Shown piece after piece: positions 17,907 through 28,171 of a DNA stretch of 37,003 nucleotides. Positions within the stretch are counted from its first letter, which is position 1, and the number at the start of each line of letters is the position of its first letter. The notes under the pieces are model-generated. The model made no database searches. It saw only the letters and a program-made list of their open reading frames with translations, and was not told where the DNA came from. A program made the translations under genes and the position numbers. The stretch is from a virus (taxonomy: Duplodnaviria > Caudoviricetes), in IMG/VR virus record IMGVR_UViG_3300006790_000049, positions 1-37,003 of that record, one strand, 5' to 3'.

Positions 17907-19741
17907 TATCTGCCTCCATCTGGTTGTACATCTAATCGTAGTGTACCATAACGCCATTTATCACCAACAGCATCACTGTCAATACGAATGTTGGCTTGTC
18001 TGCCTCTACCTCGTAAATCAAACTTTTCTGTTGTTGGAACTACTGTTCTAACCACTGTCGTTGAGGTAGTTGCACTAGGATAGGTTTTAAATTTAAGAGT
18101 TAAATCTACCGATCCTGTTAAATCTTTAAAGTTAGGTATACCTCTTCCTATATGTAAGAATGGCTGACCGTCTGCTATATCAAAATCACCTGATTCAATA
18201 AACGCAGGTATTGCTGTTGTTACGTTATCTTCTCCTGTTTCGTGTTGATACAGTGTTGTTGCTCCTGCTGTTAAACCGTTAATAGTATCATTATTTGCAA
18301 TAGCTGTTGTAGAATATTCAGTAGCATATGGTTTTTGATACACACCATAATCTAGCCATGTTGTTCTTGCTAAACTACCAGTAGACCAGCAATCTTCTAA
18401 ATAATTATATGTGACATATCTATCTATTTGTGTGGCATTATTAGATGTATAAAACCATGTAACTTCATTAAACTCAGAATTTACTGCTGCATACGTTTCT
18501 GGTTGATTCGTAATACTAAAATCTTCAAAGACATAATCTTGCACACTACAAGGCATCTTAGAAATTGCACCATCAAATTTGTAAAAAGAATTTTGAGACA
18601 TCCAAAAGGCTGTACCATTAACATCAACAGCGCAGTGTAATGACACTGCACCACAGTTTGCACCAATTTGTGTTAGGTTAAAAGTAAAAGGTGCACCAAC
18701 AAATTGTAATGCATTGAGTGATGTATCTGTCCAAACCAAAACAGCATTACGAGATCTTACTGCTGTTATAATTTTAGATCCATCTTGTATTCTAAAAGAA
18801 CCTGCTGTGTTTGTTGCTGTAGGAGTCCATGTATTATAGTCTTCTTGCGAAGAAAAACGTAAAAATAAATCATCTTTAGATGTGGAACTACCTATAGTTG
18901 TTTCTGTGCCAAATAAAAATACATGTCTATCAGGCATTGATACTAAATTAAATCTTGATACGCTTGGCGCTGCAGTAACAATTGCTGCAGGTGTACCTAC
19001 ACCAACCGATGTATCCCATCTGAATGTTCCACCATTGCTTACAGTAGCTAATAAATCCTCACCAAAGTTATCAAAAGACCAGTTACGTCCTTCAATAGTA
19101 ACGTTTGACGTAGAACGAGCCGTGCCCCATGCTTCTTTACCCCATTGCCATGTACCCCAACCATAACCATACTGTGAGACAGCCGTTCCAACGGATATTT
19201 GATAAGTTGCTGTTGCTGTTGCCGCCGATGCTCCTGTGCTTGTTGCATTTGCCGCCGCTGTAATCGTATAAGTATTGCCTGTTGGCACTGTTAATATTTC
19301 ATATTCTGCATCCATAGTAGCTGCAGGTATGCCGTTAACAGCGCCAGACGTAGAAGAGATAGTAACAAAATCTCCTACTTCAGCGCCATGACTGGGATCA
19401 GTCACTGTAACGGTAGGTGAATTATTTGTTGTTGTAAAACCTGTAATTGAGCCTGTTGCCCTTGTTGGTGTAATATCATACGCTACACCTTCTGTGTAAA
19501 TATATAATTTTCTATCGGTGCCGATGGCCGTGTACCGTACACCGTTAAGATCTGTCCATGCGTGCATGTCTCGTGCAACACCAACTAATGTATTAGCAAT
19601 TAATTTAATCCAACCACCAATTTTTTCTGGTAAGCCATAACGAAAGCGTACAAAGTCAGAATCAGTCCAACGCCCTGCCGCACCGTATTCGGTATCTTGT
19701 TTATCAATGCCAGGGGCAAAAGCTATTTTAGTAAGAGGCAT
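17906..19741 (-). CDS. Tail nozzle / stabilisation protein (P22 gp10 / T7 gp12-like beta-propeller)
   Basis: 611 aa, beta-rich with propeller-like blades (LFLRFSSQED, VLVWTDTSL, AFWMSQNSFYKFDG) and a Thr-rich inserted domain; position fits. Confidence 0.7.
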   Translation of the reverse strand: MPLTKIAFAPGIDKQDTEYGAAGRWTDSDFVRFRYGLPEKIGGWIKLIANTLVGVARDMHAWTDLNGVRYTAIGTDRKLYIYTEGVAYDITPTRATGSITGFTTTNNSPTVTVTDPSHGAEVGDFVTISSTSGAVNGIPAATMDAEYEILTVPTGNTYTITAAANATSTGASAATATATYQISVGTAVSQYGYGWGTWQWGKEAWGTARSTSNVTIEGRNWSFDNFGEDLLATVSNGGTFRWDTSVGVGTPAAIVTAAPSVSRFNLVSMPDRHVFLFGTETTIGSSTSKDDLFLRFSSQEDYNTWTPTATNTAGSFRIQDGSKIITAVRSRNAVLVWTDTSLNALQFVGAPFTFNLTQIGANCGAVSLHCAVDVNGTAFWMSQNSFYKFDGAISKMPCSVQDYVFEDFSITNQPETYAAVNSEFNEVTWFYTSNNATQIDRYVTYNYLEDCWSTGSLARTTWLDYGVYQKPYATEYSTTAIANNDTINGLTAGATTLYQHETGEDNVTTAIPAFIESGDFDIADGQPFLHIGRGIPNFKDLTGSVDLTLKFKTYPSATTSTTVVRTVVPTTEKFDLRGRGRQANIRIDSDAVGDKWRYGTLRLDVQPDGGR

Positions 19742-20661
19742 TATGCAATCCTCATAAATCTATATACAATTTCACCAGCACCGCCATCACCACCTTCAGT
19801 AGCATTTTCGGCACCACCTCCGCCAGCACCAGATCCTTGTGTTCCATCACCACCTGGAGTAGAATCAGGAGAACCAGCTGTACCACCAGATACGTTACCA
19901 TTATAAGAAGCACCTCCAGCACCTCCATTTACGTGACAGTTGTCACCACCACAATTTGATCCTGTTACTCCTGCAACGCCGTCTCCCCCTGAATTAAAAG
20001 TAGAATTAGGACCAGTATTAAAAGTTGTAATATTTATTCCATCAACAGTTGTTCCTGTTGATAAAGAAGTTCCTAAAGTTGCAGTTCCTCCTTGACTTGG
20101 ATTATTACTACGAAGAGGACCTTGTACTCCTCCGCCTGTTCCCGATCCACCAACACCTCCACCTAAAGAAAATAATTGATTTGTTGTAGAACCTGTTAAA
20201 CTTGTTGCTCCTCCACTTCCAGCAGTAGTATTGTAAGCACTTCCTGTAGATTTTGCACCTGCAGCTCCTACTACAGCAGTTAAAGTTTCTCCTCCAACAA
20301 CAGTGTAAACTCTATCAGAAATATAAGCACCTGATCCACCACCTGTGCCACCTGATTCACCGCCAGCTTTATCATATTGTGCACCTTTAACTCCTCCAGC
20401 TCCTCCACCAACAGCTTGTTTAACATGAATAGCATTCGCGTTAGAAGGCACGGTAAAGTTAGTAGTGCCAGATCCTGCTGTAGTAAAACTTCCTGGTGTA
20501 TCAAATAAAGTAAACACGGTTCGCCATGAACCACCATCTTTTATATAAGCATTATTAATTGTTTTGTTGGTAAAAGAAGTACTATCTCTCACATATAATT
20601 GAGAGCCAGCATCTGAGCTTATCTCACGCCACGTACCACCTGATTTAACATAAATTGGCAT
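19741..20661 (-). CDS. Glycine-rich tail fibre tip/adhesin
   Basis: N-terminal YVKSGGTW/YIKDGGSW repeats, then a GGGAGG-rich domain ending GGDGGAGEIVYRF. Confidence 0.7.
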   Translation of the reverse strand: MPIYVKSGGTWREISSDAGSQLYVRDSTSFTNKTINNAYIKDGGSWRTVFTLFDTPGSFTTAGSGTTNFTVPSNANAIHVKQAVGGGAGGVKGAQYDKAGGESGGTGGGSGAYISDRVYTVVGGETLTAVVGAAGAKSTGSAYNTTAGSGGATSLTGSTTNQLFSLGGGVGGSGTGGGVQGPLRSNNPSQGGTATLGTSLSTGTTVDGINITTFNTGPNSTFNSGGDGVAGVTGSNCGGDNCHVNGGAGGASYNGNVSGGTAGSPDSTPGGDGTQGSGAGGGGAENATEGGDGGAGEIVYRFMRIA

Positions 20662-20667
20662 GAGGCA

Positions 20668-20919
20668 TTATGTATATTTGTACCAAATATCTCCATCAGA
20701 ACCACCGCTAGGTCCACTGGTACTTACTGTTCTTGTTCCATTAGCATTAGTTCCTGCTGTAGCAGAAATAAAAGCTTGTACATCAGATCCAATTGCAACA
20801 CCTATATTTGTTCTTGCTGTTGCATCGGTAGGTACATCACTTAAATTGTTTGCTGTTTGCAAAACACCAGTAATAGCTGTTCCTGATATTTTATATTTAA
20901 TTGATTCATAAGTTGCCAT
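20668..20919 (-). CDS. Short tail fibre connector protein
   Basis: 83 aa: MATYESIKY start, ANNLSDV...ARTNIGV fibre repeat, ends PSGGSDGDIWYKYT. Confidence 0.65.
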   Translation of the reverse strand: MATYESIKYKISGTAITGVLQTANNLSDVPTDATARTNIGVAIGSDVQAFISATAGTNANGTRTVSTSGPSGGSDGDIWYKYT

Positions 20920-20920
20920 A

Positions 20921-21628
20921 TTACTTCTCCGTTAGTTTCCAACCATAAGTTGCACCAGAATACACTAAAGCAAACGCCGCATCTTCTGTAGCAACAGTTA
21001 AATCAGCTGTAGCTCCGTTTATTTTTAAACTGTTTCTTCCTACAGTTAAGTTATTTGTATCAAAAGAACTAGCTAAATCAACAAATCTTACCTCGTCTCC
21101 TGTGCTAGGTGAAGCAGGTAATGTTATAGTAACAGGAGCACTGCTTGTATCAACAAATATTTTATCTCCACTTAGTGCTGTATAAGCACTTGTTTTTGTA
21201 ATCCATACACCACCCTGAGTTTGTAGCTCATACCAATTGGTACCATCAGTAGCCAAGAAAACACTTGTTTGAGGATTAATGACATATGTATTACCAGAAG
21301 CTCCTAGTCTTGCAGTAACGGTGTATGTTGTACTAGCATTTCGTAAAAAATATAATTTTTCTTTTGCTGTAAATTGAACAACATGATTAGCCGCTGCATT
21401 GGTAAATATAATAGCAGCTTGCCTGTTTTCGTTATCTGCTTGTGTAGAAGGTCCATTAGTATCGGTTAAAACAGTTGTTGTTCCAGATGATATATTCTTT
21501 GTATATACCCCTGCAATAGCTTGTTCTAGTGATTGTGAGAAATTGTTATTGGTAGTCGTACCCCAGGCATTTGCCTGATCTCCTACCCCAATTAGCTCTA
21601 TTTGTAGTCTTGTTGAATATGTTGACAT
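20921..21628 (-). CDS. Tail fibre proximal protein with C-terminal T4 gp9/gp10-like module
   Basis: MSTYSTRLQIELIGVGDQANAWGTTTNNN start; C-terminal VDTSSAPVTITLPASPSTGDEVRFVD...LVYSGATYGWKLTEK. Confidence 0.65.
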   Translation of the reverse strand: MSTYSTRLQIELIGVGDQANAWGTTTNNNFSQSLEQAIAGVYTKNISSGTTTVLTDTNGPSTQADNENRQAAIIFTNAAANHVVQFTAKEKLYFLRNASTTYTVTARLGASGNTYVINPQTSVFLATDGTNWYELQTQGGVWITKTSAYTALSGDKIFVDTSSAPVTITLPASPSTGDEVRFVDLASSFDTNNLTVGRNSLKINGATADLTVATEDAAFALVYSGATYGWKLTEK

Positions 21629-21635
21629 AATTTAC

Positions 21636-22487
21636 CTATGCTGCATCCTGCCATGTATTTGTAGCAGAATCATCAACATTTGTCCAATTATTAGTAGCTG
21701 CATCATTAACGTTGGTCCACGGTGTATTAGCATCATCATCGACTGTTACCCACGCATAGACGGCTTCATCACCTAGTTCTAAGGTCATCGGAATACCTGT
21801 TGGCGTAATGGTTACATTTGATGCTAGAGTTACATTTCCTAAAGTAGATGAAATAATATTACCACTTGGTAGCGCTGTTGCTGACGCATTGACTGTAACA
21901 GTTCCAAGAGCGGAGCTAACAGCTTGACCCGTTGGTGTTACCGTTGCTGTACCTGTAATAGTCGCTGTGCCGAGAGCCGTGGTTAGGGCTTGACCTGTTA
22001 CAGCTACTGGAGTTTGAGCATCTACACTAACTGTTCCGAGAGCCGTGGACATTGATTGTCCAGTTAAAGTTCCTGTATTAGCTGTTGCTACTACAGTTTC
22101 ATCACCTAAAAATAAATCTAGATCTGGTTCAGATGAAGCATCAATAGCAACTTGACCACCTGCGGTGACACCGTACGTGCCAATTGTTTGTGTTAAACCA
22201 AACCCTGTAACCGATACGGTTGGGTTGGCAATTACATTGATGACTGGTGTGCCGAGAGCCGTGGATAGTGAAACACCAGAAGGTGTTGCTACCGATGTTG
22301 TATTAAGAACAACTGTACCAACAGCAGATGTTAACTCTTCGCCTGTTACACTTGTTTGTGCTCCAGCTTGAATTGTGGAAGTACCTAAATTGGAAGTTAG
22401 GGCAAGACCCGTAACAACCGCTACCGCATCCTGTTTACCGAGGGACGATAACGGGCCTTCAGCAAATGCTAAAATCCCTAACGTCAT
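21636..22487 (-). CDS. Thr/Val/Gly-rich repeat structural protein
   Basis: About seven ~22-aa repeats (VTGQALTTALGTATITGTAT type) and four C-terminal W(T)xVxD repeats. Confidence 0.65.
   Translation of the reverse strand: MTLGILAFAEGPLSSLGKQDAVAVVTGLALTSNLGTSTIQAGAQTSVTGEELTSAVGTVVLNTTSVATPSGVSLSTALGTPVINVIANPTVSVTGFGLTQTIGTYGVTAGGQVAIDASSEPDLDLFLGDETVVATANTGTLTGQSMSTALGTVSVDAQTPVAVTGQALTTALGTATITGTATVTPTGQAVSSALGTVTVNASATALPSGNIISSTLGNVTLASNVTITPTGIPMTLELGDEAVYAWVTVDDDANTPWTNVNDAATNNWTNVDDSATNTWQDAA
21970..22264 (+). repeat. Three exact copies of CCGAGAGCCGTGG (12-mer core also at 10263)
   Basis: Copies start at 21970, 22036 and 22252. CCGAGAGCCGTG also occurs at 10263 in an unrelated gene. 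Confidence 0.85.
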
Positions 22488-22490
22488 GGT

Positions 22491-23591
22491 CTACCTCGCT
22501 GTTATTGGTACACCAGCTGAAGAAACAAAAGGATGTTCTGCCCAAGCCCAATATACAAAATCTTCACCATCTGTATTAGCTCCACCAGTATCTCTTACAG
22601 TAAAACCATTGGAACAAAAATCATAAGTATTTTGTGAAAATTCTACTGCGTTTTCATTTGCGTTTAGACCTAAATTAACTACGTTTCTTGGATTTCTTTG
22701 GTTGTCATTCATTCTCCAGTTTCCTGAAGCACTAATATTTTTATTAAAAACAAAAGCTGGTTTAAATCCAGTGTAACAAAAAGGACCGTTTGCACTTCCA
22801 TTACCAGTATATCTGCCAAAAGCCGAATATCCTTTTACTTCTGCCCAACAAAACATCAAATAAGAATTACCATTACCGTTTACTTGAGCATCACCCCCTA
22901 ATGTAATTACACTTGTACTTGGTTGTGTGCTGTTAAAAAAACTTGCAAATTTAGCGTCATTATTACTAGCATTACTATTTAATCTTAAAGTGCTCGTAGA
23001 ATCATGATGATGCCATACAGCCCAGTCATCATTTGTATTTCTTATTTTTATAAATATAGCTGCAGGTTTTACACCAAGACCATGACCTATAGTTGATCCC
23101 GCACTACCATTCCCTGAGTATAAACCCATAGTAAACTTACTTGTTGAGTTTGTAGATGAATTAATTGTAATAGTACCATCAGTATTATTAGAAGTAGAGT
23201 TGGTTCCATTCCAAGTCCACCCAACATAATCAGTGGAAGCATTATTTGTATAGTTAGAAGTGCTGGTACCTGATACTACAGAAAAACCTGTACTTGTAGT
23301 TCCTCCTACATATCCATTAGCGCCTGTATTATGGTTAGCTGTATCACCTTCTTGAGAGTTACTATTAGGAACTAATTCTTTATTAGCACCATATCCTTCA
23401 GCTTCTTGATAAAGATAGTGGGATCTACCAGACATGTCTCTTGCTTTAACCCAAACCATACCAGGTCTAAATGTTCCAGATTCTTGTATTTGTCTTGTAT
23501 AACCTGAATTAGCACCACTAGCGGCGGCATCACCTGTCCATAAATGAGTAAAAAATTGAAGTTTACCATTATCAATTGTTGTATATGCCAT
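22491..23591 (-). CDS. Tail fibre cassette B gene 3 (beta-rich putative receptor-binding module)
   Basis: 366 aa paralog of 25748..26824 (MAYTTI, YxGNG, GHGLG, GPFxYTGFKP, YxAxAE). Confidence 0.7.
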   Translation of the reverse strand: MAYTTIDNGKLQFFTHLWTGDAAASGANSGYTRQIQESGTFRPGMVWVKARDMSGRSHYLYQEAEGYGANKELVPNSNSQEGDTANHNTGANGYVGGTTSTGFSVVSGTSTSNYTNNASTDYVGWTWNGTNSTSNNTDGTITINSSTNSTSKFTMGLYSGNGSAGSTIGHGLGVKPAAIFIKIRNTNDDWAVWHHHDSTSTLRLNSNASNNDAKFASFFNSTQPSTSVITLGGDAQVNGNGNSYLMFCWAEVKGYSAFGRYTGNGSANGPFCYTGFKPAFVFNKNISASGNWRMNDNQRNPRNVVNLGLNANENAVEFSQNTYDFCSNGFTVRDTGGANTDGEDFVYWAWAEHPFVSSAGVPITAR

Positions 23592-23595
23592 AATA

Positions 23596-24915
23596 TTATC
23601 CGTATTGTCCTAAGTTCTTACTACATAACGCATAGTACCCTGATGGCACTGCGTATTCAAAACTACCATAACCATTTGCGTCAGAATTACTAGAGGCAAT
23701 AGCAAAAGGAGGATTGCCAAAATTCCATTCTCCAGTTCCCGCTTGCGAAGTAGAAGCATAAGTCACAAAAACATAAGGGTCACTTAACGTTTCGCTTAAA
23801 TTTTGAGAAACAACTTGACTTCCATTTTTATAAAATTTTATATTTTTTGTGCCACTTGCTAAATCTAAAGCTACACCTACAATATCATTTTGAGCTAAAG
23901 TAAAACCTTGGCTACCTGAATTACTTCCATTAACATAAAGATTACCTTCTCTATTTATTCCATAACTATCTGTAACTTGACCAGGATAATTATTAACATT
24001 ACGTTGTGCTATATCAGTATAACCTTGCGCTATGCCTATCATTGGATTGTAAGTATTTGTGTTTGTAATTTTCATTTCACAATACCATTTCCCATCATAC
24101 ACACCGAATGAACTAACTGAATTATAATTACCACTAAAGGTAAGTGCTCCTTTATTCATAGATACACCTGTTCCTGCAACAGGATTCATAGTAGAAAAAT
24201 TATTTGCAGGTCCATCTTTTGTATTTGGATTTGTACCTAAATTATTAGAAGCAAAGTGGTTATTATTGCCAGAAGTATCTGCACCAAATCCACTTGAATC
24301 AGCTGATGCTCCTGTTCCTGTAAAAAGTAATTGAAAACCATTACTGCCATATGTAACAGAAGGAGAAGAATTAGGTATCCAAAAAAGACTAGCGTCGGTT
24401 GACCCAAATGTACTAGCTGCATATTGTGTTCCATTAGCAAAAATAAATTGAGATAAATAACCACCAAATCCTAAACTATTACCTGTTTTAGCCCCTATAA
24501 CATGTTGTTGATTTTTACTAAATTGAGTATCTACGTTTTGATTCCATGCTCCAACCGTAACAGTTTGTTGAGTGCCATTTACATAAATTTTTAATCCATT
24601 ACTTCCAGAAGATTCAGTTGTATCACATGCTACTACAACATGATACCAAGCAGACGGATCTCTAAAATACATAGAAGTGTACACATTAAAACCATTGTTA
24701 GCACTTGCACTTACTGCATTAAAACACTGTAATTGATAATTATCTCCACTTCCTCTTAAAACAATACCTGTTTGATTGTCAGCATCAGTCTGTGCATGCA
24801 TTACATATTGATCATTTCCTGTTACTATAATTGATTTTTTTACCCAAAAAGAAACAGTCCATACGTCTAAGTTTCCACTAGAGCTAAAAGTTTTTGTTAA
24901 ATAAGTCTGTGCCAT
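23596..24915 (-). CDS. Tail fibre cassette B gene 2: LamG/concanavalin-like plus SPRY-like domains
   Basis: WTVSFWVKK, FRDPSAWYHVVV, KIYVNG (LamG-like); GKWYCEM, DIVGVALD, FYKNG, NFG (SPRY-like). Confidence 0.75.
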   Translation of the reverse strand: MAQTYLTKTFSSSGNLDVWTVSFWVKKSIIVTGNDQYVMHAQTDADNQTGIVLRGSGDNYQLQCFNAVSASANNGFNVYTSMYFRDPSAWYHVVVACDTTESSGSNGLKIYVNGTQQTVTVGAWNQNVDTQFSKNQQHVIGAKTGNSLGFGGYLSQFIFANGTQYAASTFGSTDASLFWIPNSSPSVTYGSNGFQLLFTGTGASADSSGFGADTSGNNNHFASNNLGTNPNTKDGPANNFSTMNPVAGTGVSMNKGALTFSGNYNSVSSFGVYDGKWYCEMKITNTNTYNPMIGIAQGYTDIAQRNVNNYPGQVTDSYGINREGNLYVNGSNSGSQGFTLAQNDIVGVALDLASGTKNIKFYKNGSQVVSQNLSETLSDPYVFVTYASTSQAGTGEWNFGNPPFAIASSNSDANGYGSFEYAVPSGYYALCSKNLGQYG

Positions 24916-25748
24916 TATTGATCAAACCTTCCTGAATTGTCTACTATGAAGCTTGATGTTAATGTAAAGTTACGATCTGCTGTTTGTCCTTGAGCATCTG
25001 TTGCTCGTAGAGTAAAACTGTATGTTGTAGCAGACGTAGACGATCCACCAAAATCAGTTGTAGTTATAGCACCCGTACTAGAATTTAGCGAGCAATTTGC
25101 TTGCCCCGCATTTGTTAAAACGTTTGTTGTTTCTGAATAAGCAATCGTGTCACCTGTTGCTGTAACTGTTGCCACTGTACCTGAAAAATTACCTGCAATA
25201 GTTCCAAGCGAACCTGCAGCTGTACTCCACACAGGAGCATCTGATACAGTTAATAACGCCGAGCTTGAGCGTGCAGCTAAACCGTTATTATTCTCTACAC
25301 GAATATAATATGTACCGTCTGTACCAAGCGTAAAGTTTGCTGTAATAGACGTAGCACTTGTAAACGTAACAGTGTTAGCTGGTGTAATAGCACCTGTAGA
25401 TGAATTAATAGCATCTACTGTTGGCACTGATACAAAATTAGTACCTGTAATAACAACGTTAGTCGCAGTGTTTTCAATCGTACTTGGGCTAATACTTGAT
25501 ACTGTTGGAAAACTAAGTGCCGCTTGTAATCCTGTTAAATTAGAGCCATCTGCTGCGGGTAAAGTAGCAGGAAATCTTGCATCAGGAAGTGTACCTGATG
25601 TTAGTTGAGTTGCATTAAGTGTTGTTAATCCAGAGCCTGATCCAGAAAGACTAGCACCAGCTGTTATTGTAATCGTGTCACCTGATTCACCAATCGTGAT
25701 CGAAGACCCTGTATATTTTTTTATCGTATTTACTTTTACTTCTGACAT
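24915..25748 (-). CDS. Tail fibre cassette B gene 1: fibre stalk with Ig-like (IPT/cadherin-like) domains
   Basis: MSEVKVNTIKK start, GSGLTTLNATQLTSGTLPDARF fibre repeat, PTVSSISPS...ITGTNF, YSFTLRATDAQGQTADRNF. Confidence 0.72.
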   Translation of the reverse strand: MSEVKVNTIKKYTGSSITIGESGDTITITAGASLSGSGSGLTTLNATQLTSGTLPDARFPATLPAADGSNLTGLQAALSFPTVSSISPSTIENTATNVVITGTNFVSVPTVDAINSSTGAITPANTVTFTSATSITANFTLGTDGTYYIRVENNNGLAARSSSALLTVSDAPVWSTAAGSLGTIAGNFSGTVATVTATGDTIAYSETTNVLTNAGQANCSLNSSTGAITTTDFGGSSTSATTYSFTLRATDAQGQTADRNFTLTSSFIVDNSGRFDQ

Positions 25749-26824
25749 TATCTTGCCGTTGCTGCTACGTTATTTGTTCCAACCAATGTTTGTTCAGCAA
25801 ATGCCATGTAAACATAGGTTCCTCCATCTGCATTACCCCAACCTGCACCAGCTTCTCTTTGTTTAAAACCATTTGAAAGAAAGTCTACTCCTTGAGTTTC
25901 ACTATATTCAGCAGAATTACTATCTGCATATAATACTTGGTCCACTGGATTTGCATTTGGATAATCTGTTCTTTGGTGATCCATCATAATCCACTCTCCT
26001 GATGAATCAGTTCTTTTAATCATAAGCCAACCAGGTTTAAAGCCAGTATAAATAAAAGGTCCATCTGCGTTTCCGTTACCAGTATATGAACCAAACTTGC
26101 TATAACCTTGTTTTCCAGCAAAACAGTAGGCAACATTTGTAAGTCCATTTCCATTAACAGTACCAGAACCACCTAAAGTTATGAGAGTTGATGTGGGTGC
26201 AGTATCATACCATCTATTGTCATGGTCAGCCGTAGCGGCACTTGAGTTTAAAACTAAATAATCGGTTTCGGGTGATGATGTATTTGCACTATGATACACA
26301 GACCACGGATCTGTTGCACTTCTTACTTTAACAATTATTACATCTGGAGCTACACCTAATCCGTGTCCAATAGTTGCACCAGCAGAACCATTTCCAGTGT
26401 ATGTAACTATGCTAAATCCTGCCGTTGTATTGGCCTGAACGGTAGAGGTTATAGAGCCAGAACTATTAGTTGACGTAGTTCCGCCATTAGCTTTCCATTG
26501 CCATGCTACAAATGTTTGGCTATTTTCATTTGTAATATTTCCACTTCCAACAGTAAAGCCGTCAGTATCAAATGTTTTTTGATCATTTGTTTGTGTTTCT
26601 TCTGCTCCTGAACTGTTTGCTTGTATCCTTTGACTATTGCCTCTTGAACTATCCCAATTACTATGACTCCTAGAACCTTGAGACCTTTGTTTAATCCATA
26701 AGTAATCTGGTTTAAAATCACCTGCACTAGCATCATTAGTTATCGCATGCGTGCTTGAACCATTACCAGTATATAATTGTGTAAGAATGTGCGCTGAGGG
26801 ATTATTTATTGTTGTATATGCCAT
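25748..26824 (-). CDS. Tail fibre cassette A gene 3 (beta-rich putative receptor-binding module)
   Basis: 358 aa paralog of 22491..23591. Confidence 0.7.
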   Translation of the reverse strand: MAYTTINNPSAHILTQLYTGNGSSTHAITNDASAGDFKPDYLWIKQRSQGSRSHSNWDSSRGNSQRIQANSSGAEETQTNDQKTFDTDGFTVGSGNITNENSQTFVAWQWKANGGTTSTNSSGSITSTVQANTTAGFSIVTYTGNGSAGATIGHGLGVAPDVIIVKVRSATDPWSVYHSANTSSPETDYLVLNSSAATADHDNRWYDTAPTSTLITLGGSGTVNGNGLTNVAYCFAGKQGYSKFGSYTGNGNADGPFIYTGFKPGWLMIKRTDSSGEWIMMDHQRTDYPNANPVDQVLYADSNSAEYSETQGVDFLSNGFKQREAGAGWGNADGGTYVYMAFAEQTLVGTNNVAATAR

Positions 26825-26827
26825 ATC

Positions 26828-28171
26828 TTATCCGTAAGTGTTAATGTTTCTTGTACATAATGCGTAGTACCCTGATGGTACCGCATATTCAAAATTTCCA
26901 AACCCAGCACCATCATTATTGCCTGATGATATAGTATAAGAAGGATTTCCAAAATTTATTTTTTGAAGAGAACCTGTATGATAACCACTTACTACTGGTA
27001 ATAATCCATATGCCATATCGGCAGCAGTTACTGTTTGATCTTCCGTTGTTCCTGTTGCTGGATTTCCACCACTCAACCATGTTCCATTTTTTCCGTACCA
27101 TATTTTTCTAGTACTTGAATCAATAGCAACCATCATAGTGTCTCCATGCGTCCAACAATAACTTGTTCCCTTATTTACGCTTGAGCCACTATTAGTGAAT
27201 AAAAATCCATTACCATTTGAAGCAGCGTATAAAGTATAACAACCTGTTGTATCGGCTCCTGCATCAGAACCTCTATCAAAGTTAGATTTTGCAAAGCCTA
27301 TAAGTTGATCTATTGTTCCTGAACCTGAAGTTGTATATTCATAATACCATTTTCCACTGGTAGGAATACCTAAACTTCCAAAAGCAGTAAACCAGTTAGC
27401 ACTTGAATTTTGAACTACTGTATTTCCTAAAGTATAGTCATGATTGTCTGCTGGTGTTCCATCTTTTGCAAGAGAGTTATATGTAGCAAAATTGTTAGTA
27501 GGAGTATCAGTAACTTGTGCATTGGTGCCTGCATTATTAACTGCATAAGTGTTAGAATTGCCACTTGTATCAGTGCCTAACGCACCAGCATTTTTAAATT
27601 GAAGATAAACACCGTTTGTTCCATAAGTAACACCTGAAATACTTTTTGGTTTCCATATACCTGTTGTAGAATCTGTTTCTCCAAAACTTGATGGGGTTAA
27701 AGCTGAACCATCTATTAAATTAAAATCTGCTATATACCCATTTGTACCATCTGTACTACTTGGTGATGCACCAATCTTGTGTGCATTAGTATTGTTTACA
27801 CCAAAATCAAAATTAGAACTTATACTGTTTTGATTGTTTGCTGAAAAGCTAGTTACTTGTGATCCATTTATATAAAGTTTTGTTCTATTAGACGATGAAC
27901 CTTGAGTAGTGTCTGCTACAAACATAATATGATACCAAGCTGAAATATCTCTAAAGAGCATGTTTGTTTCAAACACATTAAAAGAATTTAAACCAACCAT
28001 TAGATAATTGTTTTGATGAATTGTAAGTTCAAATCTGTCATGATCGTTAGATCCATCGGTACTAAGCAAACAATTTCTATCACCTACTTCTGATCTTTTA
28101 AACCAAAGAGAGATTGTAAATATTTTTCTATTACCTGCACTACTAGGCGTTCTTGATAAATACGTTGCCAT
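26828..28171 (-). CDS. Tail fibre cassette A gene 2: LamG/concanavalin-like plus SPRY-like domains
   Basis: FTISLWFKR, FRDISAWYHIM, LYING; SGKWYYE, KIWYGKNGTW, NFG; paralog of 23596..24915. Confidence 0.75.
   Translation of the reverse strand: MATYLSRTPSSAGNRKIFTISLWFKRSEVGDRNCLLSTDGSNDHDRFELTIHQNNYLMVGLNSFNVFETNMLFRDISAWYHIMFVADTTQGSSSNRTKLYINGSQVTSFSANNQNSISSNFDFGVNNTNAHKIGASPSSTDGTNGYIADFNLIDGSALTPSSFGETDSTTGIWKPKSISGVTYGTNGVYLQFKNAGALGTDTSGNSNTYAVNNAGTNAQVTDTPTNNFATYNSLAKDGTPADNHDYTLGNTVVQNSSANWFTAFGSLGIPTSGKWYYEYTTSGSGTIDQLIGFAKSNFDRGSDAGADTTGCYTLYAASNGNGFLFTNSGSSVNKGTSYCWTHGDTMMVAIDSSTRKIWYGKNGTWLSGGNPATGTTEDQTVTAADMAYGLLPVVSGYHTGSLQKINFGNPSYTISSGNNDGAGFGNFEYAVPSGYYALCTRNINTYG

Noticed and set aside
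21970-22264. CRISPR-like array from the CCGAGAGCCGTGG repeats
   Set aside because: Repeats are only 13 nt, irregularly spaced (66 and 216 nt) and inside a CDS; no cas genes.
26824-26830. In-frame stop read-through (TAA GAT ATG) fusing cassette A genes 2 and 3; similar 6-nt in-frame gap at 20661-20668
   Set aside because: The paralogous junction at 23591-23596 has a 4-nt out-of-frame gap, TAA is a poor read-through codon, and in-frame spacing arises by chance one time in three.
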